A stretch of 64,000 nucleotides of DNA from Minisyncoccales bacterium. Lineage in GTDB: Bacteria > Patescibacteriota > Minisyncoccia > Minisyncoccales > Minisyncoccaceae. Location: positions 36,392 to 100,391 of the forward strand of contig JBAQMK010000004.1 in the NCBI GenBank assembly GCA_049302755.1, written 5' to 3'. The position numbers and the translations under genes were made by a program. Shown in pieces: positions 44,358 to 54,233 of the stretch (the stretch's first letter is position 1; the number at the start of each line of letters is the position of its first letter). The notes beneath the pieces are model-generated. The model searched no databases. It saw only the letters and a program-made list of their open reading frames with translations, and was not told the DNA's origin.

Positions 44358-46700
44358 ATGGAAAATATAGACGAAACATTCCCTAAGAACTACGACTTTA
44401 AGTCAATTGAAGACAAATGGAGAAAAGCTTGGGACCAAAAAGAACTCTTTAAATTCTCTTATCTCCCTGGAGACAAGCTTTTTACCGTTGACACTCCCCC
44501 TCCCTACGTTTCCGCCGACCACTTACATGCCGGACATATCATGAGTTACACTCAGGCCGAATTTATCGTCCGCTACAAAAGAATGCAAGGATACAAAGTA
44601 TTCTATCCGATGGGCTTTGACGACAACGGATTGCCAACCGAAAGATTCGTTGAAAAGAAATATAAAATCGATAAATCAAGAACTACCAAGAAAGAATTCA
44701 TTGACCTTTGCTTGAAAGAAACCGAAAAAGGAATTGAAACATATAAGAATCTTTGGAACATGCTCGGAATTTCCGTTGACTGGTCTAAGACATACAGCAC
44801 GATTGCCCCTTTGCCGACCAAAGTTTCCCAATGGTCTTTAATCGATTTATACAAAAAAGGATTATTGTATCGACAAGAACTGCCGATTCTTTGGTGCCCG
44901 ACCTGCCAAACCGCTATTTCCCAGTCTGACCTGGAAGACAAAGAAAGAGATTCCAAAATGAATTATTTAAGTTTCCCGATTAAAGACGGCGAAAGCGTTG
45001 TCATCGCTACCACCAGACCGGAACTGTTACCGGCCTGTGTCGCTTTGTATTTCAATCCAACCGACGACCGATACAAAGAATTAACTGATAAGAAAGCAAT
45101 TGTTCCGCTTTTCAATCAAGAAGTAACATTCAAAACCAGTGAAGCGGTAGATAAAGAAAAAGGAACTGGTCTAATGATGGTTTGTACTTGGGGTGACCAG
45201 GAAGATTTGGAAAAATGGAGAATTGATAGCTTAGAAACCAAGAGTCTTTTGACTCCCGACGGAAGATTAAACGAGCTGGGACAAAAATACCAAGGAATGA
45301 AAATTGAAAAAGCCCGAGAAGAGATAATCAATGATTTAAAAGAACAAGGATTTTTAATCAGACAGGAGGATTTAAGTCATTCGGTTAATGTCCACGAAAG
45401 ATGCGATACTCCAGTCGAATTGATTTTGAGCAAGCAATGGTTCATCAAAATTTCCGACCAAAAAGAAAAATGGTTAGAAATGGGAGAAAAGATAGACTGG
45501 CATCCCAAAGAAATGATCGAACCGTACAAACTCTGGGTTAATTCCTTAAAATGGGACTGGTGTGTTTCACGCCAAAGATACTACGGTGTGCCCTTCCCCT
45601 TCTGGTACTGTAAAGATTGCGGAGAGGTAATCTTACCCGATGAAAAAGATTTACCGGTTTCTCCGACCGAACAAGAAGCTCCAGCAAAAGAATGTCCTAA
45701 ATGCGGTAGTAAGGAAATCATTCCCGAAACCGATGTCATGGACACCTGGGCCACTTCTTCCTGTACGCCATTCCTTTTAAGAGAACTAGCTAACAACCAA
45801 GAACTGTTCCCGGTTGATTTGCGACCCAATGCCCACGAAATCATCAGAACTTGGGATTTCTATTCCATCGTTAAAAGCTTCTATCATTTCAATGATATCC
45901 CTTTTAAAAACATTATGGTTTCCGGCCACGGCTTAGACGAGCACGGAAAGAAAATATCGAAAAGACTGGGCAACTATGTTCCTTCTGATCAATTAGTTGA
46001 AGAATTTGGAGCCGATGCCATCAGATACTGGGCCACCGGCGCCGGATTAGGACAAAACTTAAGATTCAATCCCAAAGAAATCAAAAAAGGAAAACAGATT
46101 ACCACCAAGCTTTGGAACGTTGCCCGATTCATTATTATGAATTTAGACAACTACGAAGAAAAAGATATTAATCTCGAATATCCTGATCTTTGGATTCTAA
46201 AAGAAATGAACGAAACGATAAAAAAAGCGACGGAAAACTTTGAATCATATCAATACGCCAAAGTCAAAAATGAAATCGAAGAATTCTTCATGTCCAAATT
46301 CTGCGATTACTATGTTGAATTTATTAAATACCGACTATACGGAGAAAACGAAACATCAAAAAGAGCTGCTCAATACACAATGAAAACCGTATTCACTAAT
46401 ATCTTAAAAATGTTTGCTCCGATTCTCCCCTTTATCACCGATGAACTATATACCAACTTCAGTACTGAAGAAAGTATTCATATCTCAAATTGGCCAACAA
46501 TTCAAACAATTAAAACAAAGCTAGATGATTCTGATTTCAATGAAGCCATCTCGGCTATTGATGAGGTAAGAAAATACAAATCGGAAAATCAAATCTCTCT
46601 CGGCGCGGAAATTGAAGAATATAAACTCCAAACTAAAGTCAATTTAGATAAATACGGAGAATTTATCTCTAAAGCTATCAGAGTAAAATCACTATCTTAA
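44358..46700 (+). CDS. valS: valyl-tRNA synthetase, short archaeal-like form
   Basis: 780 aa with DTPPPYVSADHLHAGH (HIGH region), a CP1 editing region, a Zn knuckle CPKCGS and KMSKS as KISKR. Confidence 0.88.
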   Translation: MENIDETFPKNYDFKSIEDKWRKAWDQKELFKFSYLPGDKLFTVDTPPPYVSADHLHAGHIMSYTQAEFIVRYKRMQGYKVFYPMGFDDNGLPTERFVEKKYKIDKSRTTKKEFIDLCLKETEKGIETYKNLWNMLGISVDWSKTYSTIAPLPTKVSQWSLIDLYKKGLLYRQELPILWCPTCQTAISQSDLEDKERDSKMNYLSFPIKDGESVVIATTRPELLPACVALYFNPTDDRYKELTDKKAIVPLFNQEVTFKTSEAVDKEKGTGLMMVCTWGDQEDLEKWRIDSLETKSLLTPDGRLNELGQKYQGMKIEKAREEIINDLKEQGFLIRQEDLSHSVNVHERCDTPVELILSKQWFIKISDQKEKWLEMGEKIDWHPKEMIEPYKLWVNSLKWDWCVSRQRYYGVPFPFWYCKDCGEVILPDEKDLPVSPTEQEAPAKECPKCGSKEIIPETDVMDTWATSSCTPFLLRELANNQELFPVDLRPNAHEIIRTWDFYSIVKSFYHFNDIPFKNIMVSGHGLDEHGKKISKRLGNYVPSDQLVEEFGADAIRYWATGAGLGQNLRFNPKEIKKGKQITTKLWNVARFIIMNLDNYEEKDINLEYPDLWILKEMNETIKKATENFESYQYAKVKNEIEEFFMSKFCDYYVEFIKYRLYGENETSKRAAQYTMKTVFTNILKMFAPILPFITDELYTNFSTEESIHISNWPTIQTIKTKLDDSDFNEAISAIDEVRKYKSENQISLGAEIEEYKLQTKVNLDKYGEFISKAIRVKSLS

Positions 46701-46709
46701 GTAAAACAA

Positions 46710-46732
46710 AACACTCCCAAATCGGGAGTGTT
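46710..46732. terminator. bidirectional intrinsic terminator between valS and the 1069-aa gene
   Basis: AACACTCCC-AAATC-GGGAGTGTT, a 9-bp stem, with TTTTGTTTT following on the minus strand. Confidence 0.75.
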
Positions 46733-46752
46733 CTGCTTGTTTTCTTTAACCT

Positions 46753-49700
46753 CTATTTAATATTAAAGTATTTGCTTTTTTCAACCTTAGTTGAAGCCTC
46801 TCTTTCGGCTAAGCATTCTCTCTCTTTTTTTCTTTCGATTAAAAGATACATTACGATAATACATAGGATTAAGAATAACAGAGTTAGTAATCCAGCATAA
46901 GCCTGTAGATTAACTAAAGAAATCAATCCAGCACCGGCTTCAGCACCTCTGATTACATTAATAGTTGCAGTTCTCTTAACTGTATCAGCACCCTTAGCTG
47001 AAACTTCGATGGTGTTGATTAATTCATTAGAACCGTAGCTAAAGCTGCTTACATCATCAACCTTTCCTTTGAAAGTAATGACTTTTGATTCGCCTAAAGC
47101 AATTGTTCCAATATCCATATTAAGCGATAATGAACCACTGTATGATTGATTATCAATCTTAATATCGTTAATAGCAGTAATCTTGTCAGAAACAATAGTT
47201 TTCAAAACAACATTTTCTAACAATTTTGTTCCGGTAGAAGTAATGATAACTCTAAACTCTACCTCATCTTTTGGATTTGCAGTGATTGAATTCTGCCAAG
47301 CAGTTTCTTTTTGAGTGACATTACGAACCAATCCTTCAAGAGAAATTTCTGCCTTGGTCGGAGTTACAACCGGTACGTATCCGCCAGTGGTATAAGCTCG
47401 AGAGTATTGAGCGTCAGAATATGAATACATTCCTTCGTCGCAACCAACAGCCCATGCTTTGTAGTAATACCAAACATTATTAGCTAAATTGCTATCAACA
47501 ACAGATGAACCTGTTCCGTAATAAACAACTGTGCCGTCGGCAGAATTGTTCGGATAGCTTCCTGTTTTTCTGGTAACGATTGTGTAGCAAGAAGAAGCAC
47601 TCTTATTCCAGTTCAATGAAATCTGGTTGCTTCCGGCGGCAAGAGCGGTAAAACCTGTTACTGCATCCGGCTTAGTTACAAAAGTAACATCTTGTCCGAC
47701 AACAGTCTCTCTTCCGTTTGAAGCTTCGGCTCTGAAGTGGTAAGCTTTTCCTTTTTCTAATCCAGAAACATAGTAATCAAATGTCTGGCCGGTATATCTA
47801 TTAGTAGTCCAAGGAGTAGAATTACTGTATGAAGAAAGTCTTCCCCAGTTAAATCTAACCGATGAATACTGTCCTCCGTCGTTAGTTAAGATTCCATTCA
47901 AAGTTGCTGAAGTTGTTCCAACAACCGGAGTGTTGGTTGTAACCGCTAATCCGTTTGAATAACCTGAACCATAATTTCTAACCACGATATTTACCGTGTC
48001 AGAATTGCTGTATCCGCGAGAATCAGTTACGTATAAAGTACAAGTGTATGTAATATCTGAATTAACTGAAGGAGCGTAGTAAGTAGGATTCAATGAGTTT
48101 GAATTAGACAAACTTCCACCGTTACAAGACCAATATTGATTTAAAGAATATCCGTATTGGCTGTATGCATATCCGTTCAAAGTTGTTGATTGATTTTCCT
48201 GAATATCCTTATTTGTGCCTGCATCAACGGAAATACCAGAATATGTATTTTGTCCGCCAACAACAATTGTAGCTTGGGCATAAGCAACGTATCCGCCTCT
48301 TTCAACTTTTACTTTAGCGGTATATGTACCATCATTGTAGTAATTACACATATCATAAGCGGTATAGTTTGTGTTGTTTGAATTTGCTACGATATCCCAT
48401 GAATTATCATTTTGACAATCAAATCTATAAATAACAGGATAATCTGACAAACCAATACTATTAACGTTTGCTGTTAAATCTACTCCATTCAAAGGAGCTG
48501 ATCCTGATGACGGACTAGCTGACAAGCTAACATTTAATTCCGGTGAAAACCATCCACCATTATTAACTGTTACCATCACAGTATCGCTACCAGTATATCC
48601 TTTATTATCTCTGGCAGTTAGCGTACAAGTATATGATGTTGTTGAGCTAACTGAAGGAGCGTAGTAGGTGGTTGATAAAGAATTGTAGTTAGATAAACTT
48701 CCACTGGTGCATGACCACGCGTAAGTCATTGGATCGCCCTGAGGGTCGTTAGCATAACCAGATAAAATAGCATTTCCTCCGCTGGTAACTGAAATATTTG
48801 AACCAGCTTCAACTGTTGGATTTTCGTTACTATTACCACTGTCTATTACTGTAACGTTCATAGTATCGCTACCAGTGTGTCCACTATTGTCTCTAGCAGT
48901 TAGCGTACAAGTATATGTTGTAGTTGAGCTAACTGAAGGAGCGTAGTAAGTAGGATTCAAAGCAGTAGAACTAGATAAACTTCCACCTGTGCATGACCAT
49001 GTATAAGTCATTGGGTCACCTTGAGGGTCATTAGCAGAACCTGATAAATTAACAGAATTTCCTTCATTAACGGTTACATCATTTCCAACATTTGCAGTTG
49101 GATTTTCACTAGGATTACCAGTATTTACTACTGTAACACTCTTAGTATCAGTATCGCTATTTCCTTTATTATCTCTAGCAGTTAACGTACAAGTATATGT
49201 TGTAGTTGAGCTAACTGAAGGAGCAGAATATGTAGGATTCAAAGCAGTAGAACTAGATAAACTTCCACCTGTGCATGACCATGTATAAGTCATTGGGTCA
49301 CCTTGAGGATCAGTTGCTGTAGCTGAAAAAGCAACAGACTGTCCTTCGTTAACGCTAATATCTGAGCCAGCATTAACTACCGGATTTTCATTTACAACAG
49401 TATTTGAAATGTTTGCAAAGAAGGTTACGTGACCTTGTGATGGCCATCCTCCGGCAATACTTCCGATATTAACCTGAACACTGTTTCCGTTGTTAGTAAC
49501 CGGAATCATTGTGCCTCCTGATGTTGATTGGTTAGGAAGCCATCTGGCAGTGTTTTCAAAAGTAATAGACTGAGAAGAAGTAATATTAAGGGTTGCTGAA
49601 CCAGAAACCTGGGCAGCGTTGTCGGCCCATAAAAGTCCAGAAAAAACCTTTTGTGTGCCGGCTGATGTGCTCGGTACACTTACTTTCACTTTTGTGTTGG

Positions 49701-49962
49701 TAGCATTTGTGCCATCAACAGTGTTGTGGTAATAAACATCAATTGCAATTCTGTCTCCGGTCTGACCAGTAACTGAACTTGCCCAGCTGTATGTTCCGGC
49801 TGAAGTTGTAGAATTACCGATTCTTACCGTATCTAAATCATTGCTAGCATTGTTGAATTGAGGAACAGCAGCAATAGCGCTATTAACTCCAACAAACAAT
49901 ACAGAAACTAAAGATAAAAGACTCAAAACTATCGAACTATAAGATACTTTTATTGTATTCAT
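46753..49962 (-). CDS. large repeat-rich surface protein (signal peptide, PKD-like repeats, FN3-like domains, C-terminal TM anchor)
   Basis: 1069 aa with N-terminal signal peptide. Contains three ~94-aa repeats plus one degenerate copy, FN3-like LNWNK.../YYYKAWA, and a C-terminal hydrophobic helix followed by ERKKERE. Confidence 0.8.
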   Translation of the reverse strand: MNTIKVSYSSIVLSLLSLVSVLFVGVNSAIAAVPQFNNASNDLDTVRIGNSTTSAGTYSWASSVTGQTGDRIAIDVYYHNTVDGTNATNTKVKVSVPSTSAGTQKVFSGLLWADNAAQVSGSATLNITSSQSITFENTARWLPNQSTSGGTMIPVTNNGNSVQVNIGSIAGGWPSQGHVTFFANISNTVVNENPVVNAGSDISVNEGQSVAFSATATDPQGDPMTYTWSCTGGSLSSSTALNPTYSAPSVSSTTTYTCTLTARDNKGNSDTDTKSVTVVNTGNPSENPTANVGNDVTVNEGNSVNLSGSANDPQGDPMTYTWSCTGGSLSSSTALNPTYYAPSVSSTTTYTCTLTARDNSGHTGSDTMNVTVIDSGNSNENPTVEAGSNISVTSGGNAILSGYANDPQGDPMTYAWSCTSGSLSNYNSLSTTYYAPSVSSTTSYTCTLTARDNKGYTGSDTVMVTVNNGGWFSPELNVSLSASPSSGSAPLNGVDLTANVNSIGLSDYPVIYRFDCQNDNSWDIVANSNNTNYTAYDMCNYYNDGTYTAKVKVERGGYVAYAQATIVVGGQNTYSGISVDAGTNKDIQENQSTTLNGYAYSQYGYSLNQYWSCNGGSLSNSNSLNPTYYAPSVNSDITYTCTLYVTDSRGYSNSDTVNIVVRNYGSGYSNGLAVTTNTPVVGTTSATLNGILTNDGGQYSSVRFNWGRLSSYSNSTPWTTNRYTGQTFDYYVSGLEKGKAYHFRAEASNGRETVVGQDVTFVTKPDAVTGFTALAAGSNQISLNWNKSASSCYTIVTRKTGSYPNNSADGTVVYYGTGSSVVDSNLANNVWYYYKAWAVGCDEGMYSYSDAQYSRAYTTGGYVPVVTPTKAEISLEGLVRNVTQKETAWQNSITANPKDEVEFRVIITSTGTKLLENVVLKTIVSDKITAINDIKIDNQSYSGSLSLNMDIGTIALGESKVITFKGKVDDVSSFSYGSNELINTIEVSAKGADTVKRTATINVIRGAEAGAGLISLVNLQAYAGLLTLLFLILCIIVMYLLIERKKERECLAEREASTKVEKSKYFNIK
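48559..49389 (-). repeat. three tandem ~282-bp coding repeats (PKD-like modules) with near-identical ~130-nt cores
   Basis: Protein residues 192-468: ENP..N.G.D..V.EG.S...S..A.DPQGDPMTYTWSCTGGSLSSSTALNPTY.APSVSSTTTYTCTLTARDN. DNA cores such as gataaacttccacctgtgcatgaccatgtataagtcattgggtcaccttgagg recur verbatim in two of the three copies. Confidence 0.85.
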
Positions 49963-50040
49963 ATATTTTTTATTATTTTTTTGATTATTTTTTATTATTT
50001 ATTAAAAACGAATGATTAAAATAAGTGGTGGAGGGAAAAT

Positions 50041-50799
50041 TTAAATGACGATATCAACTGGACCACCGGGAACGGGGTCGTCAGTCGGACCTCCGGGAAT
50101 AGGTGCATCCACGGGACCACCAGTACTTTCACTGATCATTCCACCACTGCTGTCGTTGTTGTTGTTGCCGTCGAAGTTTAAACCTCTAACGACTTTAACT
50201 GCCTTGGCGTCTGTCCAGATAAGAGCGACAAGCTCTTTCTCTTTATTGAACACCTCAACGATGGCGATTCGCTGTTCTCCTCTCCTGTCCATTGGAGATA
50301 TCCTCTCATCGATAAGATAAGAAGCAAATCCTTCGGGCATGGGTCCGGCAATCACGTTTTCTTGTGATACCAGTTCCCCTTTTGGAGAATAGACGATTTC
50401 GTCAATGATTTCTCCTGAAACGAAGATAACCGGATGTCCTTTGTCGTTATGGTTTCCCCTAATGACTTGATCCATCTCGCCTTCAGCGTTCAGGACATTG
50501 ATTTCGCAATTCAGACACCGACCTCTCCATGACTCAAAGAAGTTTAATTTTGCAATTGCCTTCTCTAGGTCAATAGGATACAGTTTTCCGGCAAAAATGT
50601 CCACCAGATAAACCTTTCCTGCGGGGTTCGGCGTTGGTGTTTCAGTAGGCGTTGCGTATTTAATGTCCGCAAAATTACCTGCTGTATGTGTGTTCTCTTG
50701 CGGTGCATCTTCCTGATTGATCATTACATACTGACCAATAACCACAGCGATTAATACCACTGCGATTACAATTAATCCAAGTTCTAATTTGGTTGCCAT
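50041..50799 (-). CDS. membrane-anchored hypothetical protein with Pro/Gly-rich C-terminus, GC-elevated
   Basis: 252 aa with N-terminal TM (LGLIVIAVVLIAVVIG) and C-terminal GGPVDAPIPGGPTDDPVPGGPVD. GGAGGA lies 7 nt upstream of the ATG. Spot GC is 52% at 50101-50160. Confidence 0.55.
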   Translation of the reverse strand: MATKLELGLIVIAVVLIAVVIGQYVMINQEDAPQENTHTAGNFADIKYATPTETPTPNPAGKVYLVDIFAGKLYPIDLEKAIAKLNFFESWRGRCLNCEINVLNAEGEMDQVIRGNHNDKGHPVIFVSGEIIDEIVYSPKGELVSQENVIAGPMPEGFASYLIDERISPMDRRGEQRIAIVEVFNKEKELVALIWTDAKAVKVVRGLNFDGNNNNDSSGGMISESTGGPVDAPIPGGPTDDPVPGGPVDIVI

Positions 50800-50910
50800 T
50801 CAATGTTCCTCCACCATGATATATAAGCTCATGGCGCGTGTTTAGCCTCGTAAATACAAGGATAAACAGACACCATGGGCAATTTAAAAGAGCCCATTTA
50901 AAGCTCCTGT

Positions 50911-50938
50911 ATAATAACACCATTGTTAAATTTGTCAA
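50911..50938 (-). promoter_or_regulatory. sigma70-like promoter with extended -10 for the 252-aa gene
   Basis: Minus strand reads TTGACA-16 nt-TATTAT with TGT immediately upstream. Implies a leader of about 100 nt containing several hairpins. Confidence 0.5.
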
Positions 50939-50950
50939 GACCCCAATAGA

Positions 50951-51790
50951 CTACTCTGAATCACACTCAGATCCTATCTTACAGATATTAGTTTTGTTGC
51001 CGAACCTCAAATCTATATACTTTAAGCTGTTTAAATCTCCAGCATATTTCCCATCATTCAAAACAATACCTAATTTCTCGATTTGCCAATCTAAATCGGC
51101 ATATCCCCTATCTTCTCCGATATAAAAAATAATTTCGCAAGACAAAACAGTCTGAATAATCGTTTTTGTCTTATAAATATCAAAATTATTGATATTGATG
51201 GAATATTTAGTAAGTCCTTCTTTGATTTTAGACAAATTTTCTAAAACGTTTTTTTTGTCAATATTTTCAATCTCTTCTTTTTGATTAATCTTAATTAAAG
51301 AAGTATACTCTTCCCTATCTTCAAAATTTTTAATATAACTTCCATTCTTGTCAATTAAGTATTTTTTTGCATCATCGAAACTATCGGTCCAAACAGCATA
51401 GGGAGTCTTTTCCACTATTTGCAAAGAAACCCCGTTAGGAAAATCCTTTTTGACTGTAATTTTTTCTATTTCCGGAAAAGATTCCATTAAATCATTGACT
51501 CCGTTTCCCATCGAAAGAAAAATACTCTCCGTGCTGATATCAAATCCCAATAAAGAAAATGAAGTTTTAAATTTTTCTCCGGCGGCTTTTTCTAAGTCTT
51601 CGGTTAAAATATTATTATTTCCGCTGATATTAAGTTCTGAAACTTGAAATCTCGGAGAAAACAATAAAAAACCGGCTGCCGACAAAACAATAATTGAAGC
51701 AAAAATGGAAAAAGAGAAATAAAAATTAGTGAAGATGCTTTTCTTTCTTCTTTTCATTGTTCTCCTTTTTGCTTTTATTCTTCTTTTCAT
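50951..51790 (-). CDS. ftsQ: cell-division protein FtsQ/DivIB-like (POTRA)
   Basis: 279 aa with a basic N-terminus, one TM segment and a POTRA-like RFQVSELNISGNNNILTEDLEKA. TAATG overlap with the upstream gene. Confidence 0.65.
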   Translation of the reverse strand: MKRRIKAKRRTMKRRKKSIFTNFYFSFSIFASIIVLSAAGFLLFSPRFQVSELNISGNNNILTEDLEKAAGEKFKTSFSLLGFDISTESIFLSMGNGVNDLMESFPEIEKITVKKDFPNGVSLQIVEKTPYAVWTDSFDDAKKYLIDKNGSYIKNFEDREEYTSLIKINQKEEIENIDKKNVLENLSKIKEGLTKYSININNFDIYKTKTIIQTVLSCEIIFYIGEDRGYADLDWQIEKLGIVLNDGKYAGDLNSLKYIDLRFGNKTNICKIGSECDSE

Positions 51791-52809
51791 TATAGGTGGC
51801 GTTTTCTTTTTCTTAATTCTTCAAAAATATAAGTTAGCCAATATATCGGAGATAAAATATAATCCTGGGTTTTGACATACTGTTTTTCGCTCCCTCCGAA
51901 TCCTTTTTTGAATAAGCTTAGTCCGGCCCAGGGATGGTTCTTTTCCGATTCCGGAATCACTCCCCAAAAATTATATATCTCCGCTTCTCTTTTTTTCGCT
52001 TCTTTGATCGCTTCCCACTGTAATAAATACGAAACCGGAATCTTAGCATATTTAGAAGACGAAGCTCCCTGATGATAAAAAGCTCTTTTACTCCAATAAA
52101 CAATCATTGCCGAGGAAACCGTTTCCCCTTTGTATTTTCCAGAAAAAATAACAATCTCATTATCATTTTTAAAAGCATCTAATTCCCTTTTCAGATATTT
52201 AGGCGGAAAAGGGGTGAAAGAATGCCTACCTGCGGTTTCAAGATAAACCCTTTCGAATTCAGCCAAATCTTTTTCGTCCATACTTTTGACAATTTCCACG
52301 TCTGGATTCTTTTCGGCCTGCTTAACCAAATATCTGGTTGTTTTTCTCATTCCTTTCAATAATTCATCTTCAATAGGAATAAGATTCAATTCCCAAGTTA
52401 ATTCAGGATGCATATGAATCGGAGCATTTCTAAAACCTAATTCTTTAAACATTTTAACATTTTCTTCATTCAATGTGAAGACAGGACTAAAACGGATAAA
52501 GCTGGCTTTTTCCTTTAATCCTAATTCTTTTAAATAATCAAGTAGTGTTTTTACAATCTCCTTATTGTCGCCCGATAAAATTACCGGACCATGAGGAACA
52601 AAAAGAAAAGTACCTCTTTTGGCTTTGATTTTAATAATCTGCGCTACAGCAATCAATTTTTCATTATCAAATATTCCGAATCGGTATACCTTATCCCCCA
52701 TTGATTGATTGAATTCTCCCCAATTAAAAGACTGGCAAAAAGTCTTTTCAACGCAATTCAAAAGGAAGTCCTCCCATATTTTCTTTTCGCTTATCTCTTT
52801 GATTGTCAT
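51790..52809 (-). CDS. FemAB-family peptidoglycan interpeptide aminoacyl-transferase (FemX/MurM-like)
   Basis: About 339 aa counted from ATG 52807-52809. Has FCQSFNWGEF N-terminus and a FemAB-like duplicated GNAT architecture. Confidence 0.75.
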   Translation of the reverse strand: MTIKEISEKKIWEDFLLNCVEKTFCQSFNWGEFNQSMGDKVYRFGIFDNEKLIAVAQIIKIKAKRGTFLFVPHGPVILSGDNKEIVKTLLDYLKELGLKEKASFIRFSPVFTLNEENVKMFKELGFRNAPIHMHPELTWELNLIPIEDELLKGMRKTTRYLVKQAEKNPDVEIVKSMDEKDLAEFERVYLETAGRHSFTPFPPKYLKRELDAFKNDNEIVIFSGKYKGETVSSAMIVYWSKRAFYHQGASSSKYAKIPVSYLLQWEAIKEAKKREAEIYNFWGVIPESEKNHPWAGLSLFKKGFGGSEKQYVKTQDYILSPIYWLTYIFEELRKRKRHL

Positions 52810-52870
52810 TATTGTATTATATTCAAAAATTAACAAAAAAGCAAAATAAAAAAAGGATTAATTCCATATA

Positions 52871-53095
52871 TCAAGTTAATTTTCCTGATATCTGGTCATC
52901 TAAATCCTTTTTCATAATAGCAGCAAAGAAAGGATGAAGCGCTGATTGCATCAATTTTTCTGCCACCGCTGCGGTTAAATAATTAGTTTCTTCTTCGCTT
53001 CCATCGGAAGCATCCAGAATGATTCTGTGTGCTGCATCAACCGCTTCTTTAACTGCCTTTTCTCTTAGGCAATCATTCTCTAATTTTGTCACCAT
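52871..53095 (-). CDS. hypothetical protein (74 aa), own cassette
   Basis: ATG preceded by GGAGGT at 8-nt spacing. Helical and acidic, no domain recognised. Confidence 0.45.
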   Translation of the reverse strand: MVTKLENDCLREKAVKEAVDAAHRIILDASDGSEEETNYLTAAVAEKLMQSALHPFFAAIMKKDLDDQISGKLT

Positions 53096-53116
53096 TTCAA
53101 TGTACCTCCGAAAAAC

Positions 53117-53144
53117 ATAATAACAGATATAATAATAAAATCAA
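53117..53144 (-). promoter_or_regulatory. sigma70-like promoter with extended -10 for the 74-aa ORFan
   Basis: Minus strand reads TTGATT-16 nt-TATTAT with TGT immediately upstream. Confidence 0.45.
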
Positions 53145-54233
53145 CTATCTCTTTATCGCCTCTTCATTATAATAATTAGTCGGACTCCAAAGCATATAGC
53201 CGTAATATTTATCGGTTAAAATCTCCCTAACTGCTTTAATTTGAAGATATACTTTTTCCGTATCGTATACGGCGCCCAAATTAAAATCCTGGAGCCAAGG
53301 CCTGAGCTTGGAATCATAATTATTAATCCTAATTTTCGCTTTTGCCATTGAATAAGCCACCACTTCGAAAGGATGATCAGCTGGATTATCAAATCCGATA
53401 AAGCCATCGGCATAGTGAGAGGGATAAACCATTGGACAGACAAAATCAAAATACTCGTAAGCATCTTCAATAATTTGACCGATTCCTAATCCGTCAAAGT
53501 TGACCGTCGTCAATCCGAACATATCGGCGGAAATTATTTCTCCTTTTAATTCATTTCTCAAATATTGATAAAAACTTCTAATCACCTCTCTTTCAGTTGA
53601 AAAATCAACATCCATATCGTTTAAGTTTCCGTCGGAAGGAAAACGAATATAATCAAAATTAATCTCATCGAATCCATTACTTAATACATCCTTGGCAATG
53701 GAAATATTATAATCCCAACCTTCTTTTTTAGTCGGGTCTATCCAAGCCAGCCCATTATAATCATACCAAGTTGCACCGCTTAAGGTCTTAACCGCTAAAT
53801 CACTTCTATTTAAAGCCAAAACCGGATCTTGAAAAACCGTAATCCTAGCAATCACATATAATCCATTATTATGCAGTCTCTCAACCAATCCGCTCATATC
53901 TTTAACGATTATTCTTTCTGCTCCATAATCTTTAGCCAATTGAACATTGGTAACATAAGGAATTCTTCCCGACCAGTCTTTGACATCAATCACCACCGCA
54001 TTGATTTCCGTTCTTTTGGCCAAATCAATAACATAATCAATTTTTGTTTGATTACTGGCCGACCAACTAGTCAAATATACCGCCATGACTTTATCGGGCA
54101 CGACTTTTTCCTTCTTAATGTTATTTATCTCGGTTTCTTCTCCCTTCTCTTTGGGAATAAAAATAAATACCCCGCAGGATATTAAAACTATAAAAAAAAT
54201 CAATAAAAACCGCTTATTCATTTTAGTGCTCAA
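53145..54233 (-). CDS. membrane-anchored putative glycoside hydrolase (DUF4015-like TIM barrel)
   Basis: 362 aa with N-terminal TM. The blocks AVYLTSWSA...INAVVIDVKDWSG...FDEINFDYIRFP resemble the GH-like DUF4015 family. Confidence 0.6.
   Translation of the reverse strand: MSTKMNKRFLLIFFIVLISCGVFIFIPKEKGEETEINNIKKEKVVPDKVMAVYLTSWSASNQTKIDYVIDLAKRTEINAVVIDVKDWSGRIPYVTNVQLAKDYGAERIIVKDMSGLVERLHNNGLYVIARITVFQDPVLALNRSDLAVKTLSGATWYDYNGLAWIDPTKKEGWDYNISIAKDVLSNGFDEINFDYIRFPSDGNLNDMDVDFSTEREVIRSFYQYLRNELKGEIISADMFGLTTVNFDGLGIGQIIEDAYEYFDFVCPMVYPSHYADGFIGFDNPADHPFEVVAYSMAKAKIRINNYDSKLRPWLQDFNLGAVYDTEKVYLQIKAVREILTDKYYGYMLWSPTNYYNEEAIKR

Noticed and set aside
48559-49389. Regularly spaced ~282-bp direct repeats, which might suggest a CRISPR-like array or a non-coding satellite.
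   Set aside because: The repeats are in frame inside a 1069-aa ORF and encode Ig/PKD-like modules. The unit is far longer than CRISPR repeats, and there are no unique spacers.
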